A DNA stretch of 25,032 nucleotides, taken from positions 1-25,032 of the IMG/VR virus record IMGVR_UViG_3300011102_000072; one strand, given 5' to 3'. Below, one piece after another: positions 1-7,760 of the stretch (the first letter of the stretch is position 1; each line of letters starts with the position of its first letter). Below the pieces are notes generated by a model that was not told the origin of the DNA, did no database searches, and saw nothing but the letters and a program-made list of their open reading frames with translations. The DNA is from a virus. Its lineage: Duplodnaviria > Caudoviricetes. The position numbers and the translations under genes are program-made.

Positions 1-108
1 CGACTCTTCCGCCGCCTGCAATGGTTCCTTCGCCTCGTCTGGCAACCATGGCACGGCGGCCCGATCACCGTGCGAGAGGCGTGGAAGCTTGCGGGGATTC
101 TGGCATGA
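1..108 (+). CDS. hypothetical phage protein, 5'-truncated by window edge
   Basis: Frame 1 is open from base 1 (RLFRRLQWFLRLVWQPW...GILA*). Its TGA overlaps the next ATG (ATGA, 105-108). Confidence 0.45.
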   Translation, partial: RLFRRLQWFLRLVWQPWHGGPITVREAWKLAGILA

Positions 109-323
109 GACGCCGCATCCACAGCCCGAACCAGTACCGCACAGTCGAGCAGTGCGACGAGGACTATTCGACGCATCGTGACGGGAAGCTCACTCGATGG
201 ATGCCGAGCGAATCGGGATCGCGGCTCGTACGGCCACGACCGCCCTACTGGAACAATATCGGGCGTGTGAGGCACGCCCAGATCGGCGAGCAGATGGCGG
301 CGGATGTGAGGATGGGGATGTGA
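105..323 (+). CDS. hypothetical phage protein (72 aa)
   Basis: ATG at 105 is coupled to the upstream stop, and the stop overlaps the GTG of the next gene (GTGA, 320-323). Confidence 0.55.
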   Translation: MRRRIHSPNQYRTVEQCDEDYSTHRDGKLTRWMPSESGSRLVRPRPPYWNNIGRVRHAQIGEQMAADVRMGM

Positions 324-702
324 GTGGCGTTCTGGATCTTGAAGAGGCCGCGAGCCTCGCCAAGTGTCATCCCACCTTGGACCTTGAGGAAGCCGCGAGT
401 CTGGCCAAGTGTCATCCCGACACCATGCGCCGGCTCGCAAAAGCGCGCACAGATGGGTATTCTCGTCCGCAGTCCTCCAAGAATGGATCGACCAACGATG
501 TCGCTCTACCGCCCCCCTGGAAGCCGTAACTGGTGGGTCCGAATCTCTGTCGCTGGCCGAAAGACTCGCCGCACGACGGGCACAGAGGACCGCAAACAGG
601 CGGAAGAATTCGAGCAGCGCGAGCGCGAACGTCTCTGGCGACTCCACAAGCTCGGTGACCGTAGTGCCGTTCGGTGGGCGGCGGTCGCGGAACGATGGCT
701 GA
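320..702 (+). pseudogene. xis: excisionase (MerR-type/HTH_17 winged HTH), apparently frameshifted and internally duplicated
   Basis: GTG at 320 gives LDLEEAASLAKCHPDTMRRLAKA, a typical Xis helix-turn-helix. The expected continuation RWVFSSAVLQEWIDQ lies in another frame (ORF 409..702). The gene sits directly upstream of, and overlaps, int. Confidence 0.7.
332..418 (+). repeat. tandem imperfect 42-bp duplication (45-bp period)
   Basis: 332-373 and 377-418 both encode LDLEEAASLAKCHP, with 6 differences, all synonymous. Confidence 0.95.
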
Positions 703-1505
703 ACGAGACGAACAAGCGTTCGAAGGAGAAGGACGAGATCATTCTCGCTTGGCTCGAGCCGCATCTGAAGGACGAGCCTGTGTCTGCAATCGACCACGAC
801 GCGATCGAGGAACTTCGCAAGCTCGCAGCGGACGACGGCATGTCGCCGGCCACGATCGACCGGTACATGGCGTTGCTACGCGCGATCCTGCGCAAGTGCG
901 CGGAGGAATGGCGCTATCTGGATCATGCGCCGAAAGTGCCGATGTATCGCCCGCCCGCGCCGGAGCCGCGCTGGCTGACGCAACCGGAATTCGAGCGGCT
1001 ATGCAAGGAATTGCCTCCGCACCTGGAGCTCGCCGCGCGCTTCGCCGTGCTGACGATGCTCCGCATGCGCTCGATGCTGTCGCTCACATGGGATCGGATC
1101 GACTTACGCAATCAACGAGCGTGGATTCCTGGCGAGCAAATGAAGGCCGGGCGATCGCACGGCATCCCGTTGTCGAAAGCGGCGTGCAAGGTGCTGCGTC
1201 AACTGAAGACGATGAATCCCGAAGGCGAGTATGTGTTCCAGTGGAAAGGCAAGCCGATCGACGACTGCAACACCAAAGCCTTTCAAGATGCCGTACAGCG
1301 CGCCGGACTCACGCCGCTGCGATGGCACGACCTGAGACATACGGGCGCGTCCTGGGCTGTACAGAGCGGCGTGACGCTGCACGAATTGATGCAGCTCGGC
1401 GGCTGGTCGAGCTATTCGATGGTGCTGCGCTACAGCCATCTTGCCCCCGACCATTTGCAGGCCGCAGCGGAGAAGATTTCCAGGCGTCGGCGGGCCAAAA
1501 AATGA
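498..1505 (+). CDS. int: tyrosine recombinase / phage integrase
   Basis: N-terminal arm-binding-like segment MSLYRPPGSRNWWVRISV. Catalytic set: R (MLRMRS), K (MKAG), HDLRH, LGGW and Y (RYSH). Adjacent to a tRNA-derived att core. The ATG at 498 is preferred over 324. Confidence 0.95.
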   Translation: MSLYRPPGSRNWWVRISVAGRKTRRTTGTEDRKQAEEFEQRERERLWRLHKLGDRSAVRWAAVAERWLNETNKRSKEKDEIILAWLEPHLKDEPVSAIDHDAIEELRKLAADDGMSPATIDRYMALLRAILRKCAEEWRYLDHAPKVPMYRPPAPEPRWLTQPEFERLCKELPPHLELAARFAVLTMLRMRSMLSLTWDRIDLRNQRAWIPGEQMKAGRSHGIPLSKAACKVLRQLKTMNPEGEYVFQWKGKPIDDCNTKAFQDAVQRAGLTPLRWHDLRHTGASWAVQSGVTLHELMQLGGWSSYSMVLRYSHLAPDHLQAAAEKISRRRRAKK

Positions 1506-1551
1506 CTCATCCGGGAGTGATTCGAGTCTTAGTAGAAATACGTATGCCGCC

Positions 1552-1641
1552 TAAGTCATTGATTATGGTGGCTAGGGTGGGACTCGAACCCACGACCTCG
1601 GCATTATGAGTTACACCGTTGTCATTAAAATCAATGACTTA
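1552..1641. promoter_or_regulatory. pair of inverted IHF-binding sites flanking the att core
   Basis: TAAGTCATTGATT (1552-1564) and AATCAATGACTTA (1629-1641) form a perfect 13-bp inverted repeat. Both match the IHF consensus WATCAANNNNTTR. Confidence 0.8.
1566..1611 (-). other. attP core: 3' half of elongator tRNA-Met(CAT)
   Basis: The reverse complement ACTCATAATGCCGAGGTCGTGGGTTCGAGTCCCACCCTAGCCACCA contains an anticodon loop (CAT), a T-arm with GTTCGA and an acceptor strand ending CCA. There is no 5' half, and it lies 60 bp after int. Confidence 0.9.
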
Positions 1642-1655
1642 AGCCGCCCCTCCCA

Positions 1656-1708
1656 GGGCATAACGGGCCAATTTTGGGGGGGTCGGAGCATATTTCGGGC
1701 ATAGCGGG
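1656..1708 (+). repeat. putative integrase arm-type sites
   Basis: GGGCATAACGGG (1656-1667) and GGGCATAGCGGG (1697-1708) are direct repeats. CGGGCCAA occurs at 1491 and 1664. Confidence 0.45.
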
Positions 1709-1727
1709 AAATGAGGTAAACGAGGGT

Positions 1728-1997
1728 ATGAAACTCACCGGATCACGCTGCCAGTGCTCGGCCTGCGGCGAGTACTTCAACCGGCCGAGCTTGTTCGATC
1801 GGCACCGCGCCGGAAGCTATCAGCCGTTGGCCCGCCGCTGTCTGTCGCCGGACGAGATGCGGGCGAAGGGCTGGCGAAAGAACAGCGCGGGATTCTGGAT
1901 CGGCGCGGGGATGCCCGTGGTTCCTGCTTGGAAACTTGCGGCAGCCGCGAACGCGGCAGAGGCTGGCGAAGGCAGGGGGCTGGATGAAGTCGCCTAG
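1728..1997 (+). CDS. small phage zinc-binding protein (CxxC...FDxHR type)
   Basis: CQCSACGEYFNRPSLFDRHR...C motif, with a purine-rich RBS upstream of ATG 1728. Confidence 0.75.
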   Translation: MKLTGSRCQCSACGEYFNRPSLFDRHRAGSYQPLARRCLSPDEMRAKGWRKNSAGFWIGAGMPVVPAWKLAAAANAAEAGEGRGLDEVA

Positions 1998-2042
1998 AAT
2001 CGCTGAACGTGGAGCTGCGGATCTGAACAACCCGAGCACGAC

Positions 2043-2216
2043 ATGAAGAAGTATCGCGCAATGCTGCCGGACTGGTTTCTGGACGTTCTGGCAGAGGATG
2101 AGGCAGACGCCCAGAACAAGGCGCGTCAGGCCCTGCTCGAGATGGTTAGCGCCAGCGACTTCATCGTATGGGAAGACGATCGGCCAACTCCTCCACCCTT
2201 ACCGGGGCAGTCATGA
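2043..2216 (+). CDS. hypothetical protein (57 aa), not in ORF track
   Basis: MKKYRAMLPDWFLDVLAEDEADAQNKARQALLEMV...; the stop overlaps the next ATG (ATGA). Confidence 0.6.
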   Translation: MKKYRAMLPDWFLDVLAEDEADAQNKARQALLEMVSASDFIVWEDDRPTPPPLPGQS

Positions 2217-2389
2217 TTTGGATTATCGAACTCGAAGTGAAGGGCGAATTCTTCCCGGCCGTTGACATCTGGTTCGATGCCGAGGAAGACGCGCGCGACT
2301 ACATCGCCAACGAGAAGCTAGACGAGAGCCAACACCGCGTCGTTGCCTACGAGAGAACAGCGCAGGATCAGGCTAGCCGCTCGACGTAA
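2213..2389 (+). CDS. hypothetical acidic protein (58 aa)
   Basis: MIWIIELEVKGEFFPAVDIWFDAEEDARDYI...; start is coupled to the upstream stop. Confidence 0.6.
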   Translation: MIWIIELEVKGEFFPAVDIWFDAEEDARDYIANEKLDESQHRVVAYERTAQDQASRST

Positions 2390-2880
2390 TCGGCCAACTC
2401 CGTAAGCCGCTCGCCGGCAAAGTAATCGCTGTGTCCGCACTGGCGCTCGATGTTCGTGATGCCGTGCTGGACGAAGCCCCGGATACCGGCCGGGCCGAAG
2501 GGGTGGAGCAGCAGCAGGGAGCCGATGCGTACAGCCCAATCCTTGCGGCTGTGGAAACAGTGGACTCTCTCGGGATATCGCCACAGGGCCGTGTGAGACA
2601 TCGCAGGCGCGACGCAGACGACGGCGCGGAAGTTGCGGACCTTGTGCGCGTTCCATGCTCGCAGACACCCGAACGAGTGCCCTACGACGATGTCGCCGTC
2701 CTGCGCCTGCTGAGCCACCAGCAGGCCATCCTCGCACCCGCCCCATCGAGCGCTGAGCGCGTGTCGCCACGGGAGCTTTACGTCGACGACATCGAATCCG
2801 CGATCGGCGAGCACACTGAGCAGTAGATCAATGGAGCCGGAGCCATCAGTCCCGATGCCATTCACGCCGACAACGCGCAT
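2368..2880 (-). CDS. alpha/beta-hydrolase (esterase/lipase-like)
   Basis: Nucleophile elbow GHSFG, candidate Asp (HSRKDW) and His (GHSDYF), and an oxyanion-like VNGI segment. Starts 1 bp after the lipoprotein gene. Confidence 0.85.
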   Translation of the reverse strand: MRVVGVNGIGTDGSGSIDLLLSVLADRGFDVVDVKLPWRHALSARWGGCEDGLLVAQQAQDGDIVVGHSFGCLRAWNAHKVRNFRAVVCVAPAMSHTALWRYPERVHCFHSRKDWAVRIGSLLLLHPFGPAGIRGFVQHGITNIERQCGHSDYFAGERLTELADYVERLA

Positions 2881-2881
2881 T

Positions 2882-3283
2882 TTACAGCACCGGCAGTGCG
2901 CCTAGAATCAGATCGGCAAACTCGCCGACCGTGACAACGAAGTCTGGCTTCACATCCCCACTGCCGAGTCTTTGCTCGAGCAGCGCCGACATGAGCAACA
3001 GCAGATCCTGTGCGTCTGCCCGCTCGATATCGGACAGCGTGAGCTTGTCGATTTCTTGCTGCGCGACGGCCACCAGCGTAGCGACGGTGGCGTCCTGCGT
3101 CACTGCCGCGCGGACTTGCTCGGCGACGTGTCGAATGTTCCGCGCTTTCTCGACGGCGCGCGGCGAGTCCAGGGCATGACGAACAGCGATGCGGGTAGCA
3201 ACATCTACGGCAACCTGCTGCTGCGGATTCGACGCGCAGCCGGAGAGAACCGCTACTAGAGCGGCGATGATGAAGAGACGCAT
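2882..3283 (-). CDS. lipoprotein in lysis cassette (possible spanin-like)
   Basis: Signal peptide MRLFIIAALVAVLSG|C with a lipobox and a helical mature part. Immediately downstream of the endolysin. Confidence 0.75.
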   Translation of the reverse strand: MRLFIIAALVAVLSGCASNPQQQVAVDVATRIAVRHALDSPRAVEKARNIRHVAEQVRAAVTQDATVATLVAVAQQEIDKLTLSDIERADAQDLLLLMSALLEQRLGSGDVKPDFVVTVGEFADLILGALPVL

Positions 3284-3295
3284 AGGGAACTCCTT

Positions 3296-3799
3296 CTAGG
3301 AGGAAATGAACTCAGCCAATCGGTTCATCCATCCGGCAGCGAATACCGCCTGCGATGGATCTTTCGTAATGAGCCGTCCGTAGAACTTCGCGCGCTCGGC
3401 GCAGAGGCGTCGATACAATGCCGATGCGTCCATTCGATTGACGGCATATTCTGTTTTTGGTCCGAGCACGCCGTCAGCGAATACGTGCGCCGCCTCCTGC
3501 AGCATCTTCACAGCATTGCGAGGCCCATGATTGACGGCACAATCAACGGCAAGCGCTTTAACTTTCTCGTCCTGGATCTTGTGTAGCCCGGGAGCAATCA
3601 AGTAACGCTGCCGGTAGATTTCTCGGGCCTCCGTTTCCGAGATGTTCTTGACGTCCTCATCGGTCACCTTTCGGTTGCGCCAGTCCGCGAGAGTCGCAAG
3701 CGTAATACCGTATCGGGTCGGGCCACCCCGGTCTGCGGGATGGTCTACGTATCCACCCTCGCGACGAATGATGTCGTCGAGGATGTCTTCTATGGTCAT
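3296..3799 (-). CDS. endolysin, glycoside hydrolase family 108 with C-terminal peptidoglycan-binding domain
   Basis: REGGYVDHPADRGGPTRYGIT, AVNHG, DGVLGPKT and FAAGWMNR motifs. Start MTIEDILD overlaps the holin stop. Confidence 0.92.
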   Translation of the reverse strand: MTIEDILDDIIRREGGYVDHPADRGGPTRYGITLATLADWRNRKVTDEDVKNISETEAREIYRQRYLIAPGLHKIQDEKVKALAVDCAVNHGPRNAVKMLQEAAHVFADGVLGPKTEYAVNRMDASALYRRLCAERAKFYGRLITKDPSQAVFAAGWMNRLAEFISS

Positions 3800-4050
3800 T
3801 TCAGAATCGCGCCTTTGCCGGCGAGGAATACCAGCAAGCTGAAGACAACGATGCCGGTCAGCCACGCAAGCTTCTTCAGCGCCGACCTCCCGATATCCGC
3901 ATACACCGACTGCAGCGCCTTCTTAGCGGCCTTCTCTGCAATGGCGTCAATCTCAGCCTCGGTCAGGCCGCCGAAGGGTTCTCTCGTCACTGGCAGGGCT
4001 CCTGTCGCTGCATAAGGGTCAAAGTCTTCCGGGAGCGGCTTGTCGCTCAT
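3796..4050 (-). CDS. putative holin (single C-terminal TM helix)
   Basis: 84 aa with the hydrophobic segment LAWLTGIVVFSLLVFLAG, and an ATGA overlap with the endolysin. Confidence 0.65.
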   Translation of the reverse strand: MSDKPLPEDFDPYAATGALPVTREPFGGLTEAEIDAIAEKAAKKALQSVYADIGRSALKKLAWLTGIVVFSLLVFLAGKGAILK

Positions 4051-4098
4051 TACGTTAAAACTCTGGAAATATTCCGCCGTCAGTGCTATGCATCCCGG

Positions 4099-4227
4099 AT
4101 GGGAATACCAGCCACTGACCTTCTCTTCCTCATCCTCATAGCCGCGTTCGGGCTATCCGTGATCGTCGGCGCTGTCTATGCGACCATCCTTCTCCTTCGG
4201 AAGGTGATCGCCAGAAAGGAGACTTAA
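4099..4227 (+). CDS. small membrane protein (42 aa), not in ORF track
   Basis: MGIPATDLLFLILIAAFGLSVIVGAVYATILLLRKVIARKET*: a long hydrophobic helix followed by a basic tail. Its 3' end contains the AAGGAG RBS of the next gene. Confidence 0.55.
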   Translation: MGIPATDLLFLILIAAFGLSVIVGAVYATILLLRKVIARKET

Positions 4228-4229
4228 CG

Positions 4230-4574
4230 ATGGAATGCACGCTCGCCACGCTCATCGCCTGCTTTAGTTGGGCGAACCTCTACATCGACGGCGGACTGAG
4301 CTATCAGGATCGAGGCGACACGCACGTTGTGAGCAACCTTGAGCAGTTCGAGCGCCGGCTACCGAACGGCGTCATCGAGAGCGGGACCGAGATGGTTACT
4401 CGCGTCTATGACGTGAGATACAACCCGTATGGCCGTCTGGCGCTCGGGTATCAGCTCGACTTCGGCTCGCTCGTGCTGTCCATCGAGGGAGCGCATAGGT
4501 CCAGCCTCAAGTCGGACGACGATCGCGGAATCAATTCCGTTCAGCTTCGCGCCCGGTGGTTCCCGTTTCGCTGA
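4230..4574 (+). CDS. moron protein with outer-membrane beta-strand features
   Basis: Strong RBS AAGGAG. Amphipathic strands (YGRLALGYQLDF, LVLSIEGAH, SVQLRARWFPF) and an aromatic C-terminus. Confidence 0.7.
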   Translation: MECTLATLIACFSWANLYIDGGLSYQDRGDTHVVSNLEQFERRLPNGVIESGTEMVTRVYDVRYNPYGRLALGYQLDFGSLVLSIEGAHRSSLKSDDDRGINSVQLRARWFPFR

Positions 4575-4989
4575 TCTCCGCACGCGCAGCCGTGATCTGC
4601 GCCCTGATTTCGGCGAGCCTCCGCCTCTCCTCCTCGTTCGTCGGATCGAGCATCAGTTCGCGCATCGGCCGCGCCTGACGTGCCTCCAGTTCGCCGATAC
4701 GAGCAAGGATCTGCGCTCGGCGCCGTTCGCGCTCTACGACTTCCGCGCGTTTGACCCATCTCTTGCCGTTCCATTCGTGATCGGCGTCCGGGGCTGGCGG
4801 TTGATAGGCAACCAAGTTGCCCGTCTCGACCTCAACGCGCTGAGAGAGGTGGTCCACTGGCCCGATGTATGGTCGGTGACCTTCAGGCGTATTCGCCCTG
4901 ACGATCCTCTTCGCGCTTCCCTTCGAAACGCGGATCGCGTGACCGGAGAAGATACCGGTCTTCTCGTCGTAGAAGTGAACCTCGATCAT
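4531..4989 (-). CDS. tail-associated protein, tail-fibre assembly/chaperone-like
   Basis: ATGA-coupled to the tip gene. HFYDEKTG N-terminus, PPAPDADHEWNGKRWV and a coiled-coil C-terminus, as seen in tail assembly proteins. Confidence 0.65.
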   Translation of the reverse strand: MIEVHFYDEKTGIFSGHAIRVSKGSAKRIVRANTPEGHRPYIGPVDHLSQRVEVETGNLVAYQPPAPDADHEWNGKRWVKRAEVVERERRRAQILARIGELEARQARPMRELMLDPTNEEERRRLAEIRAQITAARAEISETGTTGREAERN

Positions 4990-7343
4990 TTCTTGATGAA
5001 CTCGATATTCACGCTGATGGGTTCTTTCCAGACCTCCGCATTGATTGCCGAGGCTAGCTTCTTCACTCCGATCTCGTAACTCTGCCCAGCGACAAGGTCG
5101 AACTGGCCTTGCACCATCCCAGCGGCCAATGTGCTACCGACCGTGTAGAAGCCGTAAGTCGGACCCAGATCCACATCGCTCGTTCCCGTGTTTCTCAAAT
5201 AGGGGAACACGGTGACGCTGCCCAGTGACGCGCTCGCCTTGAAGTTCGCGGTGACGATCGCAGTGCAATCGAATTCCATTTCTCCGGTGAAGATCGTGGT
5301 GCTTCCGGCGCTCTGAATCGGAATGCCGCCGCTCTCGACGGTGTTGAGGATGTAATAGTTCGTCGTGTCGCGAGAGTTGCCCGATATCTGATCGGCGCTC
5401 GTCTCTGCAAGCTCCGTCGCGGCCTCATCCTCAAGCCGGTCCGTCGTAATCGCCCCCTCTTCGACGTCGTCCGTGTCCACCGTCCCCGGCGTCCCGCTGG
5501 TCCCATCCCCAACCGGATACTCCTCCGACTCCTGCCCGTTGAGCTCCGCTGTGACCCAGTAATAGCGCGTCGTGCCGTGCGCGAGATTGCGCTCGAACGA
5601 CAGCGCGTTGCCGCTCCAGATCAGCGTTGCCGACGAGAAGGGAGAAGCGGAGGTGTGCTCGTACACGTGATAGATCTGCTGCGCACTCGCCGAATCCGGA
5701 ACCGTCCACTTCAGGCGCACGCCTTGTACGCGCGACTCGACGGTCAGGCTCAGCGGCGTATCCGGTAGATCCAGTTGTGGCGTCTCGACAGTCGCCTCAT
5801 CCGGATCGGCATAGTCCTCAGGGTCCGGATCGGTGTACGCACTCGATGACTCCTCGCGCGCCGTGATCGCAACGAATCCGTCCGGCAGCCATTCCCACTC
5901 CTCGCACCGGAAGACCTTCTCATCCCATCCGTACTCCGAGCAGGTGACGGTGAACGTTCCGTGCTGCGTGATCGCCATCGCTTTGGGCGAGAGGCGCTCG
6001 AACCGCACCGTGATCTTGTTGCGACTCTGCGCCAGATGCAGCATGCCGATGCGCTGTGCGCGGTAGCTCGTGCGCGTGGCGTGCAGTTCGATGTGGCGCG
6101 GGTACTGACCTTTGTCCTCCGTCTCGTAACTCGAATTCGTGATGTTCGGGAACGGGCTCAGCGACCAGTCGCGGTCTTCGTCGAAGAACGTGCCGGTGAT
6201 GAAGTTGTAGAGGTTGTCGCCCGACGGATGCGTTGAGACAACCATCGGTCCAACGATATCGTCCTCGACCAGATCCACGTCCGGCGTGTCATAGGCTCCG
6301 GAGTAGATGCGGTACTTGCCGCCGACGATCGACACCTCGCCGACGGCGGACGAGTTCAGGATCTCGAGATTTTCGCTGTACGTGTCGCCGCAGGAGAGTT
6401 GCACGTCGCAGGTGTAGCGTTTCTGCGTCGTCTCGCCGCCTTCGCCGTCGGGAATGTCAACGTCCTCATCGTCGATGTTCGCGGAGGCGATCGTGAACTC
6501 ATCGTCGATGCGATCGTTTGACTCACCGAAGCCCAGGCGCGGTTCCGGCGTTGCCTCGTCGTACCAACGCGAGCCGCCGGTGATGTAGTCGCGCCTGCAC
6601 AGCGTCGGGTTGTTCGACCATTCCCAGGTCGTGGCGTCCGTGTAGCGGTGCGAGCCTGAGCCGCCGTTCGTTGAATCCTTGCGCGGGTCGTAGACGCGAC
6701 GGCCTTTCACGAGCGCGAAGAAGTTGGACGGCGCACCCGAGGGCCATACCTTCTCGGACTTCTTCAGCATGTAATGGACGTACGCGACGCCCGCGCCGCG
6801 GTGATTCAGTGTCCAGTTCGGGATCGTCGAGCCGCCTGCGCCCCACGGATGCAGGCCTGATCCCGTCTCGGCCGTTTGCGCCTTTGTGCCAAGGCGCCGA
6901 TGCACATAGAGCATCGTCTCGCCGCCGTCCTTGAAATCGGTCGTCGTCACCTCGCCGTCCGATTCGATGTCGGCGTCCGGCACCTTTCGCGTGTCGAGCC
7001 AGACATCGGAGATGTCCTCGCACTGATGCGCGGCGTAGGCGATGACGAAGTGCAGCACCTCGTTCTGGTCGCCCGATGCGCCGTAATAGACGATGAACCC
7101 CGGCGATCGAACCTCGCCGTAGATGATCTGCATCGGCTCGACGGTGCCGCGGACGGTGATGTCGCGGCCGGCGGGGACGGAACCGGCTTTCTGCTTTCCG
7201 GCTTTGCTCTGCTGAAGCTTGTTCAGGCCGTAGTTGATGCCGACTGTGATGACGGCGCTCACGATCGCCGCGGTGACCGCATAGGCCGTCGTGCCGACGG
7301 TGAAGAACCAACCGGCAACGGCAGCACCAGCAGCTTGAGGCAT
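4986..7343 (-). CDS. tail tip attachment / central fibre protein (gpJ-like) with FN3-like domain
   Basis: IIYGEVR, VKGRRVYDPR and WSNNP motifs, an FN3-like segment (PDTPLSLTV...VRLKW...YYWVTA), and its position after the tip genes. Confidence 0.88.
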   Translation of the reverse strand: MPQAAGAAVAGWFFTVGTTAYAVTAAIVSAVITVGINYGLNKLQQSKAGKQKAGSVPAGRDITVRGTVEPMQIIYGEVRSPGFIVYYGASGDQNEVLHFVIAYAAHQCEDISDVWLDTRKVPDADIESDGEVTTTDFKDGGETMLYVHRRLGTKAQTAETGSGLHPWGAGGSTIPNWTLNHRGAGVAYVHYMLKKSEKVWPSGAPSNFFALVKGRRVYDPRKDSTNGGSGSHRYTDATTWEWSNNPTLCRRDYITGGSRWYDEATPEPRLGFGESNDRIDDEFTIASANIDDEDVDIPDGEGGETTQKRYTCDVQLSCGDTYSENLEILNSSAVGEVSIVGGKYRIYSGAYDTPDVDLVEDDIVGPMVVSTHPSGDNLYNFITGTFFDEDRDWSLSPFPNITNSSYETEDKGQYPRHIELHATRTSYRAQRIGMLHLAQSRNKITVRFERLSPKAMAITQHGTFTVTCSEYGWDEKVFRCEEWEWLPDGFVAITAREESSSAYTDPDPEDYADPDEATVETPQLDLPDTPLSLTVESRVQGVRLKWTVPDSASAQQIYHVYEHTSASPFSSATLIWSGNALSFERNLAHGTTRYYWVTAELNGQESEEYPVGDGTSGTPGTVDTDDVEEGAITTDRLEDEAATELAETSADQISGNSRDTTNYYILNTVESGGIPIQSAGSTTIFTGEMEFDCTAIVTANFKASASLGSVTVFPYLRNTGTSDVDLGPTYGFYTVGSTLAAGMVQGQFDLVAGQSYEIGVKKLASAINAEVWKEPISVNIEFIKK

Positions 7344-7760
7344 TTACTCGATGCTCCAAGCCAAGCGCGCAATCGAGCGCGTGAACTTGCGCAATCCCTT
7401 CGCAATCGGGAAGCGGCAGTAGGCGTCCGTCAGGAACCCCATGCTCTCTCCCTCTTCGCCATCGACGATCTCGATATTCGCCAGCACGACAGCTAGCCGT
7501 CCTGCATTCGCCGGATGCACAGGCGGTTTGTTCAACAGCGATGTAATCATTGCTTCCAGAGAGCCGAACTTAGCGACGATGCGATAGGCAGCCGTCTTCG
7601 ATTCGTATCCGCGCAGCTCGGCCGCGTAGTCGATGCCGGTGACCGCTTGCACGCAGTCGGCAGCGAACAGCGCGCAGTCGAATGTGCCGTACGCGAACGA
7701 TCGCGTACGCGCCTCGCGAATCACTCGGTCGAGACGCTCAGGCCAATCCGGAAGACGCAC
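7344..7760 (-). CDS. tail tip protein, NlpC/P60-related (gpK-like)
   Basis: RLPDWPERL...FAYGTFDCALFAADCVQAVTG. GTG start overlaps the upstream TAG. Confidence 0.8.
   Translation of the reverse strand: MRLPDWPERLDRVIREARTRSFAYGTFDCALFAADCVQAVTGIDYAAELRGYESKTAAYRIVAKFGSLEAMITSLLNKPPVHPANAGRLAVVLANIEIVDGEEGESMGFLTDAYCRFPIAKGLRKFTRSIARLAWSIE

Noticed and set aside
332-418. CRISPR-like or DGR template/variable repeat
   Set aside because: There are only two adjacent copies with no spacer. The differences are synonymous and not adenine-specific, and no cas or reverse transcriptase gene is in the window.
324-497. 58-aa N-terminal extension of the integrase
   Set aside because: It overlaps the xis coding region, and integrase-like sequence only starts at MSLYR (498).
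674-1609. 311-aa ORF overlapping the integrase in another frame
   Set aside because: Low-complexity Arg/Ala shadow frame. Its tail MVARVGLEPTTSAL is simply the antisense translation of the tRNA fragment.
1566-1645. complete tRNA-Met gene
   Set aside because: The sequence 5' of the anticodon loop cannot form a D-arm or pair with the acceptor strand; only the att core is present.
4429-5079. 216-aa plus-strand ORF, and similar antisense ORFs at 11975-12763, 18077-18898 and 23629-24285
   Set aside because: They lie opposite well-supported genes and have no recognisable motifs or RBS.
5400-5860. acidic, repetitive-looking stretch in the tip protein (DPDPEDYADPDE; TDDVEEGAITTDRLEDEAAT)
   Set aside because: These are linker and short fibre-type motifs common in tail tip proteins, and there is no DNA-level repeat array.
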